A stretch of 63,036 nt of DNA from a virus, in the IMG/VR virus record IMGVR_UViG_3300037504_000923, positions 1 through 63,036 of that record; one strand, given 5' to 3'. The notes beneath the pieces were generated by a model. It did not search any database. It was given only the letters and a program-made list of their open reading frames with translations, and had not been told where the DNA came from. Both the position numbers and the translations under genes were made by a program. This document shows positions 44,670-53,413 of the stretch, piece by piece; positions within the stretch are counted from its first letter, which is position 1, and each line of letters opens with the position of its first letter.

Positions 44670-45599
44670 ATGAAAAGACGTAAGAAATTAGAACTCTCCG
44701 AACTACAAATAGAATCCTTGGTAGTTGAATCACTTAAAAGCACTGGATACCTCGTCATCAATAAATCACTGATAAAACAATTTGGAATAATTGGAGCATC
44801 TATTCTCTCCATGTATATTGATAAATATCGCTACTACAAAAAGAACTATTCTAAAAACAAAGGATGGTTCTTTTTTCTTATAGAAGAGCAGAAAGAAGTG
44901 CTTGGTATAGGTGGTCCTACGATTCGTAAATGGAAAAAGAAATTCATTGAAGATGGTATTTTAATCAGTAAAAGAAAAGGGAATCCATCTAAGGAATGGT
45001 TGAAATTTGATTTTACACAATTAATGAGACTTTTACAATTATACGAACAAAATTCAGCCATTCAGGAATGTGAAGGGCAAGCCATTCAGGAATGTGAAGG
45101 GCAAGCCATTCAGGAATGTGAAGGGCAAGCCATTCAGGAATGTGAAGGGCTATATAATAATAATAAAAACAGAATAAATAAAAACAGAAATAATATATCA
45201 TTATCTGACCAAAAAAATAAACCTTCCTCCAAAGAAAGAAGTAAACAATACCTTCCATTAGCAAAACAACTCGCTCAATCCATCCAAAAAGTAAAAAATA
45301 TAAAACATACTTCCCAACAACTTAACACATGGACGAATGACATTCGTCGTTTAGTCGAAAATAATGAAATTGATCCAAAACGAATAAAAAAGGCGTTAAA
45401 TTGGTATGACAAAAACATTGGAGGGGAATATATACCAGTTATAGAGAGTGGTTCCTCACTAAGAAATAAATTCATAAAACTTGAAAATGCCATTGAAAGA
45501 AGCAGAAATAAACCAAGTAAATCAACCAATACATCAGGGTCTCGTAATTGGTCAGATGATCGAGTGGACTATGGTGGACCGGATAAAGTAATTGAATAA
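44670..45599 (+). CDS. Replication initiator / replisome organiser candidate carrying internal iterons
   Basis: Position upstream of the DnaC-like and DnaB-like genes, with four tandem 24-bp repeats inside the ORF followed by an AT-rich stretch. Confidence 0.5.
   Translation: MKRRKKLELSELQIESLVVESLKSTGYLVINKSLIKQFGIIGASILSMYIDKYRYYKKNYSKNKGWFFFLIEEQKEVLGIGGPTIRKWKKKFIEDGILISKRKGNPSKEWLKFDFTQLMRLLQLYEQNSAIQECEGQAIQECEGQAIQECEGQAIQECEGLYNNNKNRINKNRNNISLSDQKNKPSSKERSKQYLPLAKQLAQSIQKVKNIKHTSQQLNTWTNDIRRLVENNEIDPKRIKKALNWYDKNIGGEYIPVIESGSSLRNKFIKLENAIERSRNKPSKSTNTSGSRNWSDDRVDYGGPDKVIE
45057..45150 (+). repeat. Four tandem 24-bp direct repeats (candidate origin iterons)
   Basis: gccattcaggaatgtgaagggcaa in three full copies plus a 22-nt fourth copy, encoding AIQECEGQ repeats. 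An AT-rich run (ctatataataataataaaaacagaataaataaaaacag) follows. Confidence 0.9.
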
Positions 45600-45607
45600 A
45601 AATAAAA

Positions 45608-45618
45608 TTTGTATAATA
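45608..45618 (+). promoter_or_regulatory. Conserved 11-mer TTTGTATAATA, copy 3
   Basis: Exact 11-mer 15 nt upstream of the ATG at 45634. Confidence 0.5.
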
Positions 45619-45633
45619 GGGAAAAATCAAAAT

Positions 45634-46248
45634 ATGAAACAATGTCCAAAATGTAAAAGGAATTATTCCCGGGATTATTGTGAATTCTGTAAAAGACAGG
45701 AAAGATGGGAGAATAAGGTAAAAAAGCTAAAAATAAAATCCCATTTCCCTGATTCACGAAGGATCCAAAGTTTTTTGCTTTCAAATGATTTGCCGGATAA
45801 TTTGGATCGAGAAAGTGCTTATTTATATGGACCTGTTCATTCTGGCAAGACCATAAGGGCTGCACAAATGCTTCTGCAATTTGAAAAAGAAAAATATGTT
45901 GAAGGATATAAGGTATTTACTGCATACATACCGGTTGTGGAATTATTTTTCAAAATCAAAAAAACATATGAAAAACAAGATCAATCCAGTGAATTTCAAT
46001 TGGTCGATTATTACAGTAAAGCAGTGGATTTTTTGTTATTGGACGACATAGGTCCAGAGTATTCAACGGACTGGGCTATGAATATTTTGTATCTGATTAT
46101 TAACAGAAGATATGAGATGATGAAAACCACTGTCATCACATCAAATCTTTCAATAAATAAACTTGCAGAAAGAGCAAATGATGATCGTATTCCATCAAGG
46201 ATACGGGCAATGTGTCAATTAATTGAGATGAAAAAGCAATATTTATGA
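45634..46248 (+). CDS. DnaC/IstB-like AAA+ helicase loader with N-terminal zinc ribbon
   Basis: CPKCKR...CEFCKR; Walker A YLYGPVHSGKT; Walker B FLLLDDIG; sensor TVITSN. Confidence 0.7.
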   Translation: MKQCPKCKRNYSRDYCEFCKRQERWENKVKKLKIKSHFPDSRRIQSFLLSNDLPDNLDRESAYLYGPVHSGKTIRAAQMLLQFEKEKYVEGYKVFTAYIPVVELFFKIKKTYEKQDQSSEFQLVDYYSKAVDFLLLDDIGPEYSTDWAMNILYLIINRRYEMMKTTVITSNLSINKLAERANDDRIPSRIRAMCQLIEMKKQYL

Positions 46249-47783
46249 GTGATTTAAGATTGGAACGTAGGATTATTATTGGTCTGATAGTATCAACTGA
46301 GTATATACAACTTATCCGTGATAATTGGAATACTCGGCTTTTACAGTCACCAACTGCTCGTACCCTTGCCAATTGGTGTATCGAGTATTACGACAGGTAT
46401 GGGAAAGCTCCATTCCGTGATATTGAGTCAATCTATGAGAAGAAGATAAAGAAACTTAATAAGGATATTGCGCAGGAAATCGAAGAGGATATATTACCCG
46501 ATCTATCAGAAGAGTATGAACATTCTACATTCAATGTGGATGCTTTGTTGGATGATACGAAGGAGTATTTCCTCGAAAAATCAATCACCCAACATACTGA
46601 ATACATACAAGGTCTATTGAATGAGGGAAAGGTGACGGAAGCTGAGAAAGAAGCCTTAAACTTTCAAAAGACGTTTGACTTTGATATTGATGATATTGAT
46701 CTGTCTGATGAAAGTGTATTGAAAGAGGTGGAGTCTGCTTTTTCTAAAAAGACCAAACCACTTTTCACTTTTCCTCGTCAGCTTGGAAAACTCGTAAATG
46801 ATCAATTGGTTAGGGATGCTTTTGTTGCTTTCATGGGTAGAGAGAAAGTAGGTAAGACGTGGAACCTCATGGAAATGGCGATGAGAGCAAATCAGCAAGG
46901 AAGTAACGTAGCTTTCTTTCAAGCTGGTGATATGACAAAGGATCAACAATTGAGGAGAATTGGAATCTATGATGCAAAGAAATCAGATTCCCCGGAGTAT
47001 TGTGGAAAAATGTGGGAACCAATTCGTGATTGTGTTTTCAATCAACTCGATACATGCGACAAATATGAAAGGACATGTGATTTCGGTATATTTGATGATA
47101 AAGATACGGAGTGGTTGAAGGATGATTTGACTCTAACTGAGATGATTGAAAGACATAAAGACAACCCGGATTATTCACCATGCACAGACTGTCCGCAGTA
47201 TTGGAATAATAAATGGGGAGCTGTTTGGATAAAACAGGTAGATGTAGGGGAGGATCCGATCACTGAAAAAGAAGTAAAAGATCGTTTCAAAAAAATATTC
47301 ATTGGAAAACAGCCTTTCAAACTCTCTTCCCATCCAAACAAAACCCTTTCTATTTCAACAATCAAAAGCAAACTTTCAAAATGGAAATCAAAGGATAATT
47401 TCATTCCGGATGTCATTATCATAGATTACGCTGATATAATGATTTCGGATAATCGAGCATTGAAGAATGAAAGAGACATACAGAATGATATATGGAAGGA
47501 TTTAAGAGGTCTTTCACAGGAACAGCATTGCCTTGTAATCACAGCAACTCAAGCAGATGCAAAGAGTTATAAGGCAAAATGGTTACAATTAGAGAATTTT
47601 AGTGAGGATAAAAGGAAGTATGCACATGCGACTGTTATGTATGGTCAGAATAAAATGCCGTGGGAAGAGGAGATTGGAATTATGAGACTGAATGAAATAG
47701 TAAAGAGAGAAGGCAAAAAGAAGCCTCCGGTCACTATTTTACAGAATTTACAACGCGGCAGACCGTTTCTTGGTAGTTACTAA
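46245..47783 (+). CDS. DnaB-like replicative helicase
   Basis: Walker A FMGREKVGKT and Walker B VIIIDYADIM, RecA-fold C-terminal domain, downstream of the loader. Confidence 0.65.
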   Translation: MSDLRLERRIIIGLIVSTEYIQLIRDNWNTRLLQSPTARTLANWCIEYYDRYGKAPFRDIESIYEKKIKKLNKDIAQEIEEDILPDLSEEYEHSTFNVDALLDDTKEYFLEKSITQHTEYIQGLLNEGKVTEAEKEALNFQKTFDFDIDDIDLSDESVLKEVESAFSKKTKPLFTFPRQLGKLVNDQLVRDAFVAFMGREKVGKTWNLMEMAMRANQQGSNVAFFQAGDMTKDQQLRRIGIYDAKKSDSPEYCGKMWEPIRDCVFNQLDTCDKYERTCDFGIFDDKDTEWLKDDLTLTEMIERHKDNPDYSPCTDCPQYWNNKWGAVWIKQVDVGEDPITEKEVKDRFKKIFIGKQPFKLSSHPNKTLSISTIKSKLSKWKSKDNFIPDVIIIDYADIMISDNRALKNERDIQNDIWKDLRGLSQEQHCLVITATQADAKSYKAKWLQLENFSEDKRKYAHATVMYGQNKMPWEEEIGIMRLNEIVKREGKKKPPVTILQNLQRGRPFLGSY

Positions 47784-47801
47784 CTAAAACTAAATATAGT
47801 T

Positions 47802-48743
47802 ATGAAACGATTACTATTTATTATTTTAGCTTTAAGTATTTCGATTCAATGTTATGCCCCAGTGAAATATGAAAAAAATGAAAATAAAACGCTTTTTTCG
47901 GCTTTTATTGAACAAGTTGAATATATACTCAAATACGAAAGAGAAAAGCAAAATTTCAAAGGATTTTTAAGTGATTTGAGTTGGAATGAAAGTAGAAATG
48001 ATTATGAAATTGTAAATAGTATTGGAGCGATGGGGAAGTACCAATTTATGCCCGGTACTTTAAAATGGTTAGGATATGAGGTATCAGTTACGAGATTTGA
48101 AAAAGATCCAATGCATTTTTCACCACAGATGCAAGAAGAGGCGATAATAAAATTGATTGAAAGTAATAGGAAAATATTGAAAGAAGTAATTGAAAAGTAT
48201 GATAAGACTGTTGTGAATGGTATTTTCATGACAGAAGGGGGAATACTTGGAGCAGCTCATTTGGCAGGAGCTTTTGGGGTAAAATGGTATTTTCAGAATG
48301 GACAAAATCCTGCTGATATAAATGGAACCTCACTCGAGGATTATTTGAGGAAATTCAGTCATCATGATTTGAGTTTTGATTATTTCTCCCTTCAAAGCAG
48401 AGATTCCGAGAGCCGTGAGGCGTCGGGGGACTTTTGGACTTTTGATAGTTCTTTTGGCCTGACAAAATCTCTGCTTTGTTATCATTTTGAAAAAAATTTG
48501 TATAATAAGAATGAAAACAACTTAGGTGAAGTAGCAGATAAGATGATGAACCATACCTTACCTGATGAAATCCTAAATATAATAGACACCAGAATTGCGA
48601 AAGACTCCGAAAGGTCACTAAGACATGAGGAGCCGATAGGCTTGCGTACTATCGTCAGAGCAATCCATAAACAGGGGTTTAGAGCTTGGTTCGGTGAGTT
48701 TACCCTGTTTTTGTTTTATGAAAGAAGGAGGAGGTTATTATGA
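47802..48743 (+). CDS. Secreted lytic transglycosylase-like protein (SLT domain); the 3' third is of uncertain coding status
   Basis: Signal peptide MKRLLFIILALSISIQCYA. SWNESRNDYEIVNSIGAMGKYQFMPGT matches the catalytic ES...G.(Y/M)Q pattern. Confidence 0.6.
   Translation: MKRLLFIILALSISIQCYAPVKYEKNENKTLFSAFIEQVEYILKYEREKQNFKGFLSDLSWNESRNDYEIVNSIGAMGKYQFMPGTLKWLGYEVSVTRFEKDPMHFSPQMQEEAIIKLIESNRKILKEVIEKYDKTVVNGIFMTEGGILGAAHLAGAFGVKWYFQNGQNPADINGTSLEDYLRKFSHHDLSFDYFSLQSRDSESREASGDFWTFDSSFGLTKSLLCYHFEKNLYNKNENNLGEVADKMMNHTLPDEILNIIDTRIAKDSERSLRHEEPIGLRTIVRAIHKQGFRAWFGEFTLFLFYERRRRLL
48497..48507 (+). promoter_or_regulatory. Conserved 11-mer TTTGTATAATA, copy 4 (inside the 3' part of ORF 47802..48743)
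   Basis: Exact 11-mer preceded by an A-run and followed by about 230 nt leading to the strong AAGGAGGAGG SD of the ATG at 48740. Confidence 0.4.
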
Positions 48744-49639
48744 AATACCAATTCAGAGACATACATTTAAGTAAAAAGAATCTTGAAAAACTCGATTTGA
48801 TAAACTCAATAATTGAAGAGTATCAGGATGAAGGATACGTTCTAACCTTGCGGCAATTGTATTACCAATTGGTTTCAAGGGATATCATTCCTAATCAACA
48901 AAAAGAATATTCCAAATTATCTATTCTATTAAAAGAGGGTAGAATGGGGGGTATAGTCGACTGGGAAGCTATTGAGGATAGGATGAGAGTACCAAAGATT
49001 CCTTACTATGTAAAAGGTATAGAAAATGCTATTGAAGATACCATCGACCAATATCGATTGGATAGGCAAATTGGTCAAGACACATATTTGGAAGTATGGG
49101 TGGAAAAAGATGCTTTAAGTGGGGTACTGAGTCGAATAACCAATAAATATCATATAAGAATAATGGTTAATCGTGGATATTCGAGTGTCTCGGCTATGTA
49201 TGATGCATTTATGCGATTCAGAAGATATGGATTTGAAAGAAACAGAAAAGTAAAAATACTATATCTTGGTGACTTTGACCCATCCGGATTGGATATGATC
49301 AGGGATATAAATGAACGAATCCGAGAATTTTCAATAGGTTATTATTCACCCTTAAAGGAGTATAATTTCAGAGTTGAACATATTGCATTGACCAAAGAAC
49401 AGATTGATCAATACAATCCCCCACCAAACCCAACTAAAGTAACTGATCCACGAGCAAAGGAATTCATACGAAAGCATGGAAATACCTCATGGGAAGTGGA
49501 TGCACTGAAACCAGAAACTTTGAATTATTTATTGGAAGCAACAATCAGGAAAAATATTGATGTGAGCGCATTTGATGCAATGGTTGAGAAAGAACAAATT
49601 GATAAAGATATATTACGGAATATAACTACTGAATTATAA
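48740..49639 (+). CDS. Topoisomerase VI-A / Spo11-like protein (5Y-CAP plus Toprim)
   Basis: LTLRQLYYQLV (candidate catalytic Tyr), VWVEKDALSGVL (Toprim Glu) and ILYLGDFDPSGLDM (DxD). Confidence 0.55.
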   Translation: MKYQFRDIHLSKKNLEKLDLINSIIEEYQDEGYVLTLRQLYYQLVSRDIIPNQQKEYSKLSILLKEGRMGGIVDWEAIEDRMRVPKIPYYVKGIENAIEDTIDQYRLDRQIGQDTYLEVWVEKDALSGVLSRITNKYHIRIMVNRGYSSVSAMYDAFMRFRRYGFERNRKVKILYLGDFDPSGLDMIRDINERIREFSIGYYSPLKEYNFRVEHIALTKEQIDQYNPPPNPTKVTDPRAKEFIRKHGNTSWEVDALKPETLNYLLEATIRKNIDVSAFDAMVEKEQIDKDILRNITTEL

Positions 49640-49669
49640 ACAAAAATATTAATCAAAAACCAAATAAAT

Positions 49670-50023
49670 ATGTATGAAATCAGAAAACAATTCCATTTTA
49701 GTGCGTCTCACGTACTGTATGAATTACCAAAAGGTCACCCGTGCGGGAGATTGCATGGTCACAACTACATCGTAGAATTAATACTACGATCAGAGAACTT
49801 AAACAGTGAAGGATTTGTAGTTGACTACGGTCAATTGAAACAGATTAAACAATGGATTGATGAAACTTTCGACCATCAACACCTAAACGACAAAATGAAC
49901 GTGAATCCAACGGCTGAAAACATTGCGAAATTAATCTATGACAGATGGGTACATTATTATCCACTGCATGGTGTGAAAGTCAAAGAAACTGAAAAAACGG
50001 AGGCAACTTATTATGGAAGTTAA
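49670..50023 (+). CDS. queD: 6-carboxy-5,6,7,8-tetrahydropterin synthase
   Basis: FHFSASHVL...GHPCGRLHGHNY...FDHQHLN are PTPS/QueD signatures. Confidence 0.9.
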   Translation: MYEIRKQFHFSASHVLYELPKGHPCGRLHGHNYIVELILRSENLNSEGFVVDYGQLKQIKQWIDETFDHQHLNDKMNVNPTAENIAKLIYDRWVHYYPLHGVKVKETEKTEATYYGS

Positions 50024-50780
50024 AACGATTATTGAAGCCCGGCCGGATTTCAAAAAAGACATCCCACCAGGTACGAATGATTTCCTTGAGGTAGCAGAGT
50101 TTTTCTGTGACACAATTCAAGGAGAAGGAGTAAATACAGGCGTTCCGGCTACGTTTCTCAGGATGCAACATTGTACTCAAAACTGTGTTTGGTGTGATAC
50201 TCAGGAAGTATGGAGGTATGGAAATCCTTATACTTTTGATGAGTTATTTGAATTGATTGAAAAATATGGAGTAGCAGGAAAATTGATGGAGGGTCAGCAT
50301 CTGGTATTAACAGGAGGCTCTCCATTGAAACAACAATCCCGACTTATCAATTTTCTGCATAAATTCATGGAGGTATTCGATTTCAAACCGCATATAGAAA
50401 TTGAAAACGAATGTACCTTGATGCCTTCAAAAGACATGATTGAATTAGTCGATACGTGGAATAATTCTCCAAAACTTGAGAATTCAGGCAATTTGAGAAT
50501 ATTGCGCTATCAACCTGAAATCCTCAGAAAATTATCTTCCCTGACAAACTCATGGTTTAAATTTGTTATCAGCAGTGAAAAAGAGTGGAAAGAGATTGAG
50601 GATGATTTCTTAGAACCAGAACTCATAGCACCAGAGCAAATAATACTCATGCCAGTCGGAGCAGACCGTAAAGAATTAGAACAAAACAGGGAGTCCGTAG
50701 TAGATATGGCTATTCAAAATAACGTCCGTTATACCACTCGCGAACATATTGTACTTTGGGATAAGAAAACCGGAGTGTAA
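50013..50780 (+). CDS. queE: 7-carboxy-7-deazaguanine synthase (radical SAM)
   Basis: FLRMQHCTQNCVWCDT is a Cx3CxxC-type radical SAM cluster in QueE context, plus LVLTGGSPL. Confidence 0.85.
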   Translation: MEVKTIIEARPDFKKDIPPGTNDFLEVAEFFCDTIQGEGVNTGVPATFLRMQHCTQNCVWCDTQEVWRYGNPYTFDELFELIEKYGVAGKLMEGQHLVLTGGSPLKQQSRLINFLHKFMEVFDFKPHIEIENECTLMPSKDMIELVDTWNNSPKLENSGNLRILRYQPEILRKLSSLTNSWFKFVISSEKEWKEIEDDFLEPELIAPEQIILMPVGADRKELEQNRESVVDMAIQNNVRYTTREHIVLWDKKTGV

Positions 50781-50785
50781 ATTTT

Positions 50786-50796
50786 TTTGTATAATA
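50786..50796 (+). promoter_or_regulatory. Conserved 11-mer TTTGTATAATA, copy 5
   Basis: Exact 11-mer after the queE stop, preceded by a T-run. Confidence 0.5.
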
Positions 50797-50827
50797 AATT
50801 AAAGTTTAATCAAAACAATTAAGAAAA

Positions 50828-51700
50828 ATGAAAACAAAAGATTTAAAGGAAGCAGCAAAGGAACTTAATGAAGTTCTACAACCTGAAGAAGGTGATGAGA
50901 TAAAAGTAAACCAATCTCATGAAAAAATCCTTGACAAAGTGAAAGAAGCAATGTATGTGCTTGAAAGTGCTGATTCTGAAGAATTATCAGAATCAACCAT
51001 TGAAGTACTTCATGAAATCGCCGTTGAAAATTACGAGGAATTTGAAGAAGCGGAAAATGATGCCGAGGAACCTTGTGTTGATGTCTTCAAAAACATCGGT
51101 ATTTTAACTGATAAAGATTTTGAAGAAGAAGAGCCTGAGGAGCCTGAGGAAGAAGAAGAGCCTGAGGAAGAAGAAGAGCCTGAGGAAGAAGAAGAGCCTG
51201 AGGAAGAAGAAGATATTGATTTGGCTTATATCGTTGATGGGATGACAAAACTCAAGGACCTCAAAGGACTTGTACAGGAAAGGGATGAATTTGAAGAGCT
51301 ACGAGATGAACTCGGCAAATACCGAAAGACTGCAGACTTAAAAGCAGTCATGATGGAAATGGTTAAAGAAGAACCCGAACCCGAATCTGAGAAAAAGGAA
51401 AAACCTGCTAAAGAAGCAAAAGGTAAATCATCCACAAAGAAGACTGGGAAGAAGGAAGCTCCTAAAAAAGCGAAAGGAAAATCAGGAAAAGGAGTTATTG
51501 CTACAATCACAGAATGCATTGAAGATTCTGGTAAAAAGGGAATTTCAAAAGAACAGATTTTTGAAAAACTGAAAAAAGAATTCCCTGATAGAAATGAAGA
51601 TTCCATGAAAAATACTATTGGAGTTCAAGTTCCCGGACGCATCAATAAAGAAAAATTTGAAATTGAAAAACTTGAAAACGGAAATTACAGAAAAAAATGA
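50828..51700 (+). CDS. Highly acidic repeat protein with conserved basic C-terminal domain
   Basis: EEPEEPEEEEEPEEEEEPEEEEEPEEEED encoded by an 18-bp tandem repeat. C-terminus: KGVIATITECIEDSGKKGISKEQIFEKLKKEFPDRNEDSMKNTIGVQVPGRINKEKFEIEKLENGNYRKK. Confidence 0.65.
   Translation: MKTKDLKEAAKELNEVLQPEEGDEIKVNQSHEKILDKVKEAMYVLESADSEELSESTIEVLHEIAVENYEEFEEAENDAEEPCVDVFKNIGILTDKDFEEEEPEEPEEEEEPEEEEEPEEEEEPEEEEDIDLAYIVDGMTKLKDLKGLVQERDEFEELRDELGKYRKTADLKAVMMEMVKEEPEPESEKKEKPAKEAKGKSSTKKTGKKEAPKKAKGKSGKGVIATITECIEDSGKKGISKEQIFEKLKKEFPDRNEDSMKNTIGVQVPGRINKEKFEIEKLENGNYRKK
51122..51213 (+). repeat. 18-bp tandem repeat gaagaagaagagcctgag (about 4-5 copies)
   Basis: Read directly from the sequence; encodes the (E)nPE repeats. 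Confidence 0.85.
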
Positions 51701-52410
51701 AAAAAGTAGTTTTAGGATTATCAGGAGGAATGGATTCTGCGACCTTGCTCGGTTATTTTATCGGGCAAGGTTTTGACAGCATTCATTGCTGTTCGTATAT
51801 GTATGGATCAAAACATAATGATTATGAGCTTGCAGCGGCTGGGAAGATTATTCAGTATTACAATGATTTTACTGCTGATCAACTAAATAAATCAATAGAT
51901 CGAATTACTACTGTCCATCATCACATTTTTGATATTAGAAATATATTTACAAATATACAATCAAATTTGATGCAATCAGGAGGAGAAATACCCGAAGGGC
52001 ATTACGAAGAAAAAAACATGAAAAAAACAGTAGTACCGGGTAGGAATTTAATTTTTGCTTCCATCATGGCATCTGTCGCTGAATCAGAAGGAGCAGAAAA
52101 AATAGCTCTTGGAGTACATTCAGGAGATCATCATATTTATCCAGATTGTCGTCCTGCTTTCATTGATAGATTAACGGAAACTATTCATCAAAGTACAGAT
52201 GGAAAGGTAGAAGTAATAGCTCCTTTTACAGATTTTGATAAAACAGAAATCTTAAAGTTAGGATATTCATTAAATCCACAGGTTCCCTATCACTTGACAC
52301 GAACCTGCTACAAAAACCAACCAATTTCCTGTGGTAAATGTGGCAGTTGTAATGAAAGATTAGAAGCATTTCAGATGATTAACAAAAAAGATCCTATCCA
52401 ATATGAATGA
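51697..52410 (+). CDS. queC: 7-cyano-7-deazaguanine (preQ0) synthase
   Basis: LGLSGGMDSATLL PP-loop, VVPGRN, and C-terminal zinc cysteines CYKNQPISCGKCGSC. Confidence 0.9.
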   Translation: MKKVVLGLSGGMDSATLLGYFIGQGFDSIHCCSYMYGSKHNDYELAAAGKIIQYYNDFTADQLNKSIDRITTVHHHIFDIRNIFTNIQSNLMQSGGEIPEGHYEEKNMKKTVVPGRNLIFASIMASVAESEGAEKIALGVHSGDHHIYPDCRPAFIDRLTETIHQSTDGKVEVIAPFTDFDKTEILKLGYSLNPQVPYHLTRTCYKNQPISCGKCGSCNERLEAFQMINKKDPIQYE

Positions 52411-52987
52411 AAATGATAAAGAATTGTTAATACAATCCATTTTAAAGGAAATAGGTGAAAATCCTGAACGCCCGGGTATAGTTGATACTCCACAGAGAGT
52501 AGTAAAAATGTGGAAAGAAATATTTCGAGGATATGACCCGTCTAATAAACCAAAAGTTTCTGTATTTAAAAACGGAACAGATGGTTTGGTTTATGATCAA
52601 ATGATTATAGATACCGGAGATTTTTATTCTCATTGTGAACATCACATGGTTCCTTTCTTTGGACAATATTGGTTTGGTTATATTCCTGATCCAAACGGAA
52701 ATATAATTGGTCTTTCTAAAGTAGCCCGATTAGTTGATTTTCATGCTGCTCGTTTACAAATACAAGAGCGTTTGGTACATGATATTGTAGAGGATATATG
52801 GAATATTTTATCAAAAGAAGCTGTTAGACCTATTGGTATGGGTTTAATAATGAAAGGGGAACATCTTTGTAAAACTATGAGAGGGGTAAAAAAGAAAGGA
52901 GAAATGACTACCACTAAACTAAAAGGAGCATTCTTTGATAACCAATCTGTAAAGAATGAATTTCTGCAAAAAGCAAATGGAAAATGA
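52403..52987 (+). CDS. folE: GTP cyclohydrolase I
   Basis: GIVDTPQRVVKMW, FYSHCEHHMVPFFG and ARLQIQERL are type I GCH signatures. Confidence 0.9.
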   Translation: MNENDKELLIQSILKEIGENPERPGIVDTPQRVVKMWKEIFRGYDPSNKPKVSVFKNGTDGLVYDQMIIDTGDFYSHCEHHMVPFFGQYWFGYIPDPNGNIIGLSKVARLVDFHAARLQIQERLVHDIVEDIWNILSKEAVRPIGMGLIMKGEHLCKTMRGVKKKGEMTTTKLKGAFFDNQSVKNEFLQKANGK

Positions 52988-52993
52988 AAAGGG

Positions 52994-53173
52994 ATGAAGA
53001 TATTTTTAGCAGGAAATACTCCTGATAGAGAGAAAGAGGAGAAAGTATTGATTAAAAAGAAACTCTCTCAAAGACGATTAATTTCTTTTTATTTTCTATT
53101 TGATAAAGCGATTTTCAAAATGTTTAAACTTTGGAAAAATGAAAATTTACTTCGCCGGGACTCCCGGGATTGA
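52994..53173 (+). CDS. Mini-ORF family member 1 (59 aa)
   Basis: Hand translation MKIFLAGNTPDREKEEKVLIKKKLSQRRLISFYF... Shares the M(K/R)(I/V)(Y/F)(L/F)AG...RE(R/K)E...RL(L/I/F/W)S(F/Y) pattern. Confidence 0.35.
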   Translation: MKIFLAGNTPDREKEEKVLIKKKLSQRRLISFYFLFDKAIFKMFKLWKNENLLRRDSRD

Positions 53174-53333
53174 AGAGAGAGAGAGAAACTGGCAGTCTGT
53201 TATTAAGACACGATTGCTTTCATTTTGGGATATAAAAAACAATCAATTTTCTATTCCTTTTGCTTTTAATTTAATCAAAAAAAATTATGAAAGTATATTT
53301 GGCAGGAGTACCCGGAGGAGCAACAACTGGTGA
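53139..53333 (+). CDS. Mini-ORF family member 2 (64 aa)
   Basis: MKIYFAGTPGIEERERNWQSVIKTRLLSFWD..., from an internal Met of the listed ORF 53100..53333. Confidence 0.35.
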   Translation: MKIYFAGTPGIEERERNWQSVIKTRLLSFWDIKNNQFSIPFAFNLIKKNYESIFGRSTRRSNNW

Positions 53334-53406
53334 TTGTAAGAGAGAGAGAATTAAACCGATTTTGGTATTTACGCCTTTGGTCTTATTATCATTTAAAAGA
53401 AAGTAA
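53287..53406 (+). CDS. Mini-ORF family member 3 (39 aa in frame; family alignment continues in the dpdA frame)
   Basis: MKVYLAGVPGGATTGDCKRER... in one frame. RERELNRFWYLRLWSYYHLKE is in the +1 frame, which runs without a stop into dpdA. Confidence 0.3.
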   Translation: MKVYLAGVPGGATTGDCKRERIKPILVFTPLVLLSFKRK

Positions 53407-53413
53407 CGGAATT

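Noticed and set aside
45057-45150. The tandem 24-bp repeats as a possible CRISPR array.
   Set aside because: The repeats are directly contiguous with no spacers, lie in frame within a coding region, and no cas genes are present. They are interpreted as iterons or a coding tandem repeat instead.
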